A stretch of DNA of 33,111 bases from a virus (Duplodnaviria > Caudoviricetes). The DNA lies in the IMG/VR virus record IMGVR_UViG_3300037478_000506, positions 1 to 33,111 of that record; one strand, written 5' to 3'. Position numbers and translations under genes: made by a program. The first letter of the stretch is position 1. Each line of letters opens with the position of its first letter. Of the stretch, positions 1 to 7,300 are shown piece by piece. The notes beneath the pieces were generated by a model. That model saw only the letters and a program-made list of their open reading frames with translations, ran no database searches and was not told where the DNA came from.

Positions 1-187
1 CGACTTCCGCCACTCGTTCGGCACCGAACTCTTCCGCCGAACCGGCAACCTCCCGCTCGTCGCGGAAATGCTCGACCACAGCTCGCTCCAGATGACCAAA
101 CGCTACGCGCTCGGCGCCGTCTCCGATGTCCTGAAGGCCGGCATGCGGCGCTTCCAACAGGGCGCCGGCCGCGGCCGCCAGCGGTAA
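1..187 (+). CDS. int: Tyrosine recombinase/integrase, C-terminal fragment (5' end outside window)
   Basis: Frame 2 reads DFRHSFGTELFRRTGNLPLVAEMLDHSSLQMTKRYA...*. This carries the RH, second His (LDHS) and catalytic Tyr (TKRY) motifs of tyrosine recombinases. TAA at 185-187. Absent from the supplied ORF track. Confidence 0.93.
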   Translation, partial: DFRHSFGTELFRRTGNLPLVAEMLDHSSLQMTKRYALGAVSDVLKAGMRRFQQGAGRGRQR

Positions 188-412
188 CCCTTTCGCCGGG
201 TTACCACCCCGGCCCGTTCCGGCGCGTGGCGGCTCGCGGCGGCCCCTCCGGAGCGGGTCGACTGACGACAGAAGATGGGATATTGCTCAAGAAAACGGCT
301 GTTTTCTGCGTGGTGCGCCCGGCAGGGCTCGAACCTGCGACCCCCGGCTTAGAAGGCTGTCGGCGATCATCGAAACGCTAGAGATATCGCGGTCTGGTAA
401 CTCGACGGTAAC
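183..412. promoter_or_regulatory. Candidate integrase arm-type sites (GGTAAC x4) flanking the att core
   Basis: GGTAAC at 183-188, inverted at 200-205, and as a direct pair at 396-401 and 407-412 (11-nt period). Confidence 0.45.
311..357 (-). other. attP core: 3' half of tRNA-Arg(TCT), from anticodon loop to CCA; not a complete tRNA
   Basis: Minus strand GC-CTTCTAA-GCCGGGGGTCGCAGGTTCGAGCCCTGCCGGGCGCACCA gives anticodon loop (TCT), T-arm with GTTCGA, acceptor 3' strand and CCA. The upstream sequence cannot complete the anticodon stem (ACAGC instead of CCGGC) and has no D-arm. Lies about 120 nt from the integrase stop. Confidence 0.88.
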
Positions 413-499
413 GGCGTCGCTGATTCCGGAGATGACTTTCGCCTTGAATCCGAGTGATGTTGCCAGCACTCGTCCGGGTCCGATCCCATAGCCATTATC

Positions 500-1150
500 T
501 CAAGGATCGGTCATCAGGTGCCCGGACACGTCGACTCGCGACCGGCCGGCGAGGACGTCGAGCCACCCGCGGTCGTGCCATCGCGGGAAGAGCGCGGGCG
601 TGCGCAGAAGACCGCTATGCCCGATGCCACGCTCGCGCACCGACCGAATGCCCGGGACGTCGAAGGTCCGCCGCAGCGACACGCGCCCATCGAACACTGC
701 CCCAGCAAAGCCCAACAGATCCCACCGTGCGTCGACGATGTGTAGACACGTCCCGATGTTCCGGAGCGCGGCCGGCGCGAGGCGTTCGATCGCCTTCCGG
801 ACCGGCGTGCCGACCAGGATGAGGCTGTCGATGGTGAGTCCCTGCGCGGCGGCGAGCAGCGCGACCTGGCCGAAATGACTGTGCCCGATGATGCGCCGCT
901 CGAGGAGTGGCTCGCCGTAGGAGCAGTAGGAAATGAGCGCTTCGGCGCCGGCTTCCCAATCGTTGCCGCGCCCGAGGATGGGTACGCCATCGAGATCCCC
1001 AGACCAGACGAACGGTCGTTCTGGCCGCGCGTGCTCGAAGCCGTGGGATCGCAGGTACGCGCTGAACGCGCTGTCGGCCCGCCACCACTCCTGCCGCGGT
1101 GCCGCCGGCGTCCACGACCAGGTGCCCATCCCGGCGATCCAGGGGATCAC
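500..1150 (-). CDS. Alpha/beta-hydrolase (esterase/lipase-like), 216 aa, last gene of the lysis cassette
   Basis: IIGHSHFGQVA nucleophile-elbow-like motif, LILVGTPV strand, D in DARWD and late GIGHSG His. GTG at 1150 overlaps the endolysin stop (GTGA). The upstream part of the 473-aa ORF is shadow sequence. Confidence 0.75.
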   Translation of the reverse strand: MIPWIAGMGTWSWTPAAPRQEWWRADSAFSAYLRSHGFEHARPERPFVWSGDLDGVPILGRGNDWEAGAEALISYCSYGEPLLERRIIGHSHFGQVALLAAAQGLTIDSLILVGTPVRKAIERLAPAALRNIGTCLHIVDARWDLLGFAGAVFDGRVSLRRTFDVPGIRSVRERGIGHSGLLRTPALFPRWHDRGWLDVLAGRSRVDVSGHLMTDP

Positions 1151-1647
1151 GGGACCATCCGCACCGGCGTGCGAAAGAACACATGCGCGCCGATCTGCCG
1201 CGTGAACGCCAGGCGCGCCACCCACGCCGGCCGACGCGTGCTCTTGTAGAGTGCGGCCGTCACGTAGTGATCGGCGCCGAGGGTCTGATCGAGGATCACC
1301 CCGGACACGATGCCGGCGGCGAGGTAACCCGTCTCGTCCACCAGGGCATCCATGACGGGCTGCCCGGTCACGAGGCGGTACGCGATGCCCAGCAGGACCG
1401 CTCGATTCGGGTCGCTCGCGTTCCAGCAGGAGAACTGGAGGCGCTGCAGACACGAGGCCTTGAGGGTGTCGCCCCATCGCCTCGGCGTGCGCGTCCGGTT
1501 GCGAATCACGCATCCGACCGCAATGCGCTCCTCGACCGACGACCAGCCTTGCGCCGCATCGCCGCGCGCTTCGCCCAGCATCGTGCACGCGAGCGCCTGG
1601 CTCTCGCTCAGCGCCTCGAGGATCGCGGCGTCGCTGAGCGTCCTCAT
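1147..1647 (-). CDS. Endolysin, SleB/CwlJ-like cell wall hydrolase (Hydrolase_2 family), 166 aa
   Basis: Motifs LACTMLGEARG, AVGCVIRNR, QFSCWN, GADHY, PAW and IGAHVFF. ATG at 1647 overlaps the upstream stop (ATGA). Confidence 0.92.
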   Translation of the reverse strand: MRTLSDAAILEALSESQALACTMLGEARGDAAQGWSSVEERIAVGCVIRNRTRTPRRWGDTLKASCLQRLQFSCWNASDPNRAVLLGIAYRLVTGQPVMDALVDETGYLAAGIVSGVILDQTLGADHYVTAALYKSTRRPAWVARLAFTRQIGAHVFFRTPVRMVP

Positions 1648-1910
1648 CGGCTGATGTCGCGCCCCTCGCTCGCGGCCTGGCACGCAATCCGTTCACCGTC
1701 GCTCTCCGCGTTCTTGAGACAGGCGATCTTGAGAAAGATGGTATGGGCCTGGCTGATGCCGACGAGCGCGTCGAGGGTCTTGGCGTGTGCGTCGAGCTTG
1801 CTGTTCGTGGTGTCGACGAGGTTCCAGAGCAGCAACACGCATAGCAGCGCCGCAAACCCGAACTTCGCCGCCTCGAGTGCGACCTGGCGATCAGGGAGGG
1901 ACGGGAGCAC
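1644..1910 (-). CDS. Small single-TM membrane protein, holin candidate
   Basis: 88 aa with one hydrophobic helix (FGFAALLCVLLLW), translationally coupled to the endolysin. Confidence 0.6.
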   Translation of the reverse strand: MLPSLPDRQVALEAAKFGFAALLCVLLLWNLVDTTNSKLDAHAKTLDALVGISQAHTIFLKIACLKNAESDGERIACQAASEGRDISR

Positions 1911-1963
1911 GGTACGAGCATGTGACGACGCGCGCCCCCCGAACGGCTACTAATACGCCTCTC

Positions 1964-2809
1964 TCACCCGACGTGCGCCGACGCCACCGTGCCACCGCCA
2001 CCCCCCGGACTCGCTACCACTTCCTGTGACCCGATCCCGACAATCGACAGGACACGGTCGCCGGCGGTGCCCGTGCTACTCAGCGCACGCACCGACACGC
2101 GGTCGCCAGACGACAAGTCGATCGGAAACCGCAGATGTGGCGGACGTCGCCCGTCGGTCTCCGTGTGGCTGATGACATGCATTTCTTCGATGAGCGCGAC
2201 CTCTGACGCCGCCGCGCCGCTTGCCACATCGATCAAAAATCGCATCGTCCCGCCGATGACTTCCGACGGAGATCCATGGCCGAAGAACCCTAAGAACCAG
2301 TTGCAGTCGTTCGCGATCGACGCCGACAGCTCGGTCCAGGCCGAGTAGGTGTCAGGCGTCGCGCCGCAGTCGATGTCCGTCCCACCCGAGTCGGCGGTGT
2401 TGGCGCCCCAGGTTTCCGGGTCCGGCCCGCTTCCAAGGGCTTTGTCCTCCAACCAGAACTGCATCCGACCCTGCGTGCCGGACGTGCTGCTCTGGAGCCG
2501 CGTCGAGATCCGGGTGCCGGATGCGATGTCGAGATCGAACGGGATCGGCGCACCGGTTGCGTCGAGAAAGTCGTCACTGGAGTGATAGAACAGGTTGTCG
2601 AGCACCGCGACCTCAGACGCCGCCGCGCCGACGCCAACGTCTTGGAGGGTATAGCGGTCCGTCGAATTGTTGTTCTGGATGTTCACCCAGATCCGCGAAG
2701 AGTCGTAGGGGCTGCTCGCGACGTACTCGACCCAGGCGCCCTTCGTGTTGGCGCTCGTCGTGGTCGGCCAGCCGCCCGCGACGCCGTCGTAGCGCGTGGC
2801 GAAACTCAT
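1964..2809 (-). CDS. Putative virion/tail-associated protein made of two tandem homologous beta-rich domains
   Basis: S/T/G/D-rich. Repeated blocks: NTKGAWVE/DTYSAWTE, DVGVGAAASEVA/DVASGAAASEVA, IASGTRISTRLQSST/LSSGDRVSVRALSST. Located in the tail-fibre region. Confidence 0.7.
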   Translation of the reverse strand: MSFATRYDGVAGGWPTTTSANTKGAWVEYVASSPYDSSRIWVNIQNNNSTDRYTLQDVGVGAAASEVAVLDNLFYHSSDDFLDATGAPIPFDLDIASGTRISTRLQSSTSGTQGRMQFWLEDKALGSGPDPETWGANTADSGGTDIDCGATPDTYSAWTELSASIANDCNWFLGFFGHGSPSEVIGGTMRFLIDVASGAAASEVALIEEMHVISHTETDGRRPPHLRFPIDLSSGDRVSVRALSSTGTAGDRVLSIVGIGSQEVVASPGGGGGTVASAHVG

Positions 2810-2812
2810 CGA

Positions 2813-3214
2813 CTAATCCTGTCTTGACACAAACGCGCGACGGGCCCGATCCCACGTCTGGTCCGGCGTCGGCGGATCGACTGCCACGAGCGTGACGCCG
2901 GTCGCCTCGAGGTAGCTCTGCGGCGCAATACCGTGACGCGTGCCACAGTGCGGGCAATGCCCGGACTCACGGCATTCGTCAGCGAAGGCCGGGTCGCCGC
3001 AGTTGCGGCAATTCGGCGCGCCGTCTGGGCACTCCACCGCCGCGACCGTCACCAGGTCGCCGACCTGGCGCTTCGGCGCCACGCGCGCGAGCATCCGATC
3101 GAGGATCGCCGGCGGAAGATTGCGCCGGCCGCGCTGGTAGTGCCTGGCGTGACGCGCGCGGGCGCCGGCCTGTTCTTTGTCTGGGTCATCCACGACGATC
3201 GCAAAGTGCGGCAT
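2813..3214 (-). CDS. Cys-rich hypothetical protein, 133 aa (possible tail fibre chaperone)
   Basis: AGGAGG RBS before ATG 3214. Contains CPDGAPNCRNC...CRESGHCPHCGTRH and a C-terminal WDRARRAFV. Confidence 0.7.
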   Translation of the reverse strand: MPHFAIVVDDPDKEQAGARARHARHYQRGRRNLPPAILDRMLARVAPKRQVGDLVTVAAVECPDGAPNCRNCGDPAFADECRESGHCPHCGTRHGIAPQSYLEATGVTLVAVDPPTPDQTWDRARRAFVSRQD

Positions 3215-3222
3215 CTGTCCTC

Positions 3223-3741
3223 CTAGAGCAAGACGCACGTCAAGTCGACGCGCAGGCGCGTGACGTCCGCCGAATCCACGATCCCCGCGATGTAGTCCCC
3301 CGCCGCGAGTGTCGGCGACCACCCGGTCAGCGTCGTGTCTTCCGCCTTCTGCGCGCTCGACAGCGTCGGCTTCGCGCTGGCGGTGATCGTGTCGGCGACC
3401 GTTGGCGGATAATTCGCGTAGGAGTCCACCCACAGGTCCACGACGGCGCTCCCAGACCCGAGCGGCGCCGTGATCCGAGCGGCCGTGATGAGACACGCGA
3501 CCGGCACCTCGGCGATCACGACGCTGGTCGCGCCCGCCGTCACCGCGCTCCCCTGGCCGTCCCACTCGAACGCGATCGGAAACGTGCGCCCAGGCCCGTA
3601 GGCTTCCCACGCCGAGCCGGTCGAACGTTCAACAATGCGCCCCTCGTCGGTCACGCAGTAGAGCACACCCGGCGCGACCGTGTTCGCGGCCGGCTGCGCG
3701 CCGCGCGTGCCGCGCTGAATTACCGATGCGAGTAGAGACAT
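3223..3741 (-). CDS. Putative tail fibre/virion protein, 172 aa
   Basis: GAGGAG RBS. N-terminal QRGT...P...GVLYCVTDE...W segment typical of fibre adaptor modules, followed by a beta-sandwich-like C-terminus. Confidence 0.7.
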   Translation of the reverse strand: MSLLASVIQRGTRGAQPAANTVAPGVLYCVTDEGRIVERSTGSAWEAYGPGRTFPIAFEWDGQGSAVTAGATSVVIAEVPVACLITAARITAPLGSGSAVVDLWVDSYANYPPTVADTITASAKPTLSSAQKAEDTTLTGWSPTLAAGDYIAGIVDSADVTRLRVDLTCVLL

Positions 3742-3751
3742 CGCGTGCTCC

Positions 3752-4342
3752 TCATGGAATAAACACCATCACGACATCGCCCGCCGCAAAGACCAGGTCC
3801 GGCACGACCGGATTGGTCAGTGGCTCATAGCGCCCACTGCTCCCTGAGGGATCAGCCTTCCAGCCCTTGGCACCGCCCGCGTCCGTGCCGTAGACCTGAT
3901 CGGCCCCAGGCGAGGCCTCATCGCCCACCAGCTGCAGGTCACCGCTATCGACCTCGATGCTGTGCTTCTGGCCTTTGTGCGCGTCGGCGTTGCTCTCGTG
4001 CGTGCCGAGCTCGCTGTCGGTATAGGCGCCCGCGGCGGCCTCGGCCGCATCCGCCAGACTACTCGCGGTGCCCGCCGCGCTCGAGAGCACGTCGGCGATC
4101 GTCGCGCCGCCATCCTTGATCGCCTTCCCGCTGACCCCATCGAACACGGCGATCCGCTCGTCGACGGCCGAGGCCGGCCCGACGACGTCGCCGCTCGTCG
4201 CCGGCGGCCCGATGGTGCCATCCCCCTTGACGACATCACTGTCGCTGGTAAACGGCACCATCGTCGGATTGCCGCCGGCGTCCGTGGTGACGAACCCACG
4301 CCGGCGCGGGCCACGACGCCGAAGGTCCTGGTTGTCGGCCAT
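3752..4342 (-). CDS. Putative tail fibre-related protein, 196 aa
   Basis: Contains GDVVGPASAVDERIAVFDGVSGKAIKD, a motif recurrent in phage fibre proteins. Directly follows the ejection genes. Confidence 0.7.
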   Translation of the reverse strand: MADNQDLRRRGPRRRGFVTTDAGGNPTMVPFTSDSDVVKGDGTIGPPATSGDVVGPASAVDERIAVFDGVSGKAIKDGGATIADVLSSAAGTASSLADAAEAAAGAYTDSELGTHESNADAHKGQKHSIEVDSGDLQLVGDEASPGADQVYGTDAGGAKGWKADPSGSSGRYEPLTNPVVPDLVFAAGDVVMVFIP

Positions 4343-4346
4343 CCCC

Positions 4347-7300
4347 CTACTCGCGCGGCGGCCCCATCAAGACCGCCAACGGGTGATCGGTGCGCCCGTC
4401 GACGAGCGCCGCGATGCCACGCGACGTCCGATCGACTTGCGCGGCGGGATAGTGAAAGAGCACGCCGGTCGACGTGTTCAGGGCACGGAGAAGCGCTTCG
4501 TCCACCTCGCCCTGGTGCACCTGTCCGACCAGGCGTCCGAGTGATGCGATGCCACGCGCGCCCGCCGGCCCGTCGTACTGCGAGTAGCCCTGCAGGTAGC
4601 CGCCGAGCTCGCGCAACCCGATCATCGACCCGGCCATGTACGCCAGATTCTCCCCGAGTAGCGTCTTCATGAAGGCCTCCGGGTCCTCGAGCTCGTCGTC
4701 GAGCTCGCCCGTGAGCGCACTCCGGAGCACATGCGCCAGCACCGCCGGCGCCGCGAACAAGAGCAGGTAGTCGACGGCCAGGCGCCCGATCTGCGCGGGG
4801 TGCCTCCGCACATTCGCGCGTCGCTTGGCCTCCGTCCAGAGATTGAACGTCACATTGAAATAGCTATAGAAGTTCGTCCAGAGCTTCCAGGCCGGCGAGC
4901 CCCGTTGCACGGCCGCCAGGTCTTTGATTTGGCCGCCGCCTTGGCTGTCGAGCACCGCCTGGTCCGCCACCGCGATCACGCGCGCCTCGTCGAACGTGCC
5001 ATCCTCCGCCAAGAACGCCGGATCGGCCGCGGCCTTCTCGTACGCCCCCAACCAGGTGGGAATGTCCGCGATCATCTGCGCGCGCCCAATGGCCCAGAAA
5101 TACGAATCGGCCAGGCCCTGCTTCGTCGCCATGCCCCCCGAGACGCCCTGGAGCGCCGCGTCGAGCCACCCGGTGAACCGGCCGGTATCGACCCCGAGGC
5201 GATTCCGGATCTCGTGGACCTCGCGCATCATCGTGCGGTGGCGGTTCGCCATGAGCGACGATTTCGCGTGAATGCCGGCGACCGTCTTCTCCATCGTCGC
5301 CGCGCCGCGCAGCCACCGGCCCAGGCCGCGCGCCACCCACCTGGCGCCGATCCGGTTGATCGACTGCGTCAAGCCGAGCGGCTGAAGGAGTGTCGTCGTG
5401 GCGCTCCACCCGAGCCCAACGATCGTCGCGCCGCTGCGCAGATGGCTCATGACGCCTTCCATCTCGTGCCGCGCCGGGACGTCGCCAACCGCGATGTCTT
5501 TGAGTCCACGCCGGAGCTGGTCGAAGGCCTTCGGGCCGAGCGTGTCGTAGACCGCGCTCTGGACCTCGTCACTGCCAACGATCCGGCCGACGTCGATCAA
5601 CATTTCGTGATGCGTCAGGTCGTGAATCACGCGGCCGACGTGCTCCCAGATCACCCCAAAGTCGAGCCGGACTGGGAGGGTCACGCGCCCCTCGGTGCGC
5701 TCCTCGACATGACCGCGGGCCGTGGTGGCATGCACGTACGCGGCGGCCTTCTGCATATCCGCCGCAGACGCGTCCTCGAGATTGAACACCTTGCCGGAGA
5801 GCTCGCCGTCGAACATCAGCGGGAAGTACCCGCCCGGCCGATCGCCGAACCGGGTAAAGACCGGTGTCGCCTCGACCTTGGTCGGCGCCACCCCGACCAC
5901 CCGTCGCTGCTTCTCGGCGATCGCCGGCCAGTAGTCGTTGATGAAGCCGGTCACCGCGTCGACGAAATCCCAATCGCGCGCGTCGAGCGTGTCGAGAATC
6001 GCCTCGACTTGCGCCTGGCTCCAGTGCTTCCCGTCCATGATCCGCTGGCGGTTCGTCTCGTTGCCCCAGTTCAGGGCCACCATCAGCCGCGCCTGCTTCG
6101 ACAGGCTCGCGAGCGGATCCGCCGGGCCGCCCAACGCCGGAATGTGTTGCTTCTTCGAGAGCCGGGCCCGCTCGGCCGGGGTGTACCGCTGGAAGATGCG
6201 ATACAGCTGCTCGGTGGCCGTGGCGTGCGCCTGGGCTTCCGCGTTGCCGGCGTCGTTGATGCGGCGGAGGACGTGTTCAAACATCGGCCCCCCATCGGCA
6301 AAACCGTCGAGCTCGCGCACGATCGAGGCGATCTTCCGATGCGAGGCGAAGACGCCCTCAAAGAAGGCCTTCGTGCGCTCGTGCGCCAGGCGCGGCTCGT
6401 GCGTCCGCTCGCGCGCCGGCGCCGCCTCGCGGATCGACGTCGCCAGCTCGGCGCGGACCTGGCTGAGCTCGCGCGCCTCATTCGCCTTCAGGAGCTTGTT
6501 CTTGAGGCGCGCCAGGTGGGCGATCTGATCGACCGCCGCGCCGACGCCCTCAAGCTCTTCGACGGTGAGCTCTCGCCAGTTCACGCGGCGCGCATCGTCG
6601 AGCAGCTCGTCGGGGAGCGAGATCGGCATCCCCTCGCGCTCGAGACTGGCGACCCACTGGCGCAGGGACGCGCGCCGATCGAGCACCTTCTGTGACACCG
6701 GTGCAAACTCGTAGCGATCCAGGAACCCGTCGATCTGATCCAGAAACGCCTGGTCCGCTTTCCCCACGCGCGCCCGCGCGGCCGTGTTCACGTCGTATTG
6801 GCGCACCCGGCGCGACGTCGCCTCCGCCTGCTCGCGCGCGTCGCGGGCGGCCCGATAGAGCGCGAGCGAGAACAGCTCGCGTTGCTTGGCGCGGACCGCG
6901 CCGGCGCGGTCGTTCGCGGCAAAGGCGTCGAACGCCTGGCGCGACGCCCGCACGGAGGCTTGGAGAAAGAGCCCTGGCTTGAGATCCCGCACCACGGTCC
7001 GGGCGATCTGCTGCGCGGCGGCCGTGCGCACCTGGTCCGGCCGTGGGATCGTCGCCTCGGCCATGCCTTGTGTCAGCGCCGCGAGCTCGGCCGCGATCAC
7101 GGAGGCGCGCTGTGCATGGACCGCCCCCTCGGCCGTTTCACGGAGGGTCATCCCGTCCAGCAGGAGATCACCGTGCTTTTGTCGCATCCGATCGTCGGTT
7201 TCGGACTCAATCACCCGTTCGACGCGCGGCGCGTGCAGCAGCGCCTGCACCAAGGCGTCGCCGCTCGGGAAGCCGGTCAGCTCCGCGAGCGTGTCCGCGG

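Noticed and set aside
311-390. Complete tRNA gene
   Set aside because: The 5' half (acceptor 5' strand, D-arm, full anticodon stem) is missing; treated as an att core.
1151-1921. N-terminal half of the 473-aa ORF 500..1921
   Set aside because: It overlaps the endolysin and holin candidate in another frame; the real gene likely starts at GTG 1150.
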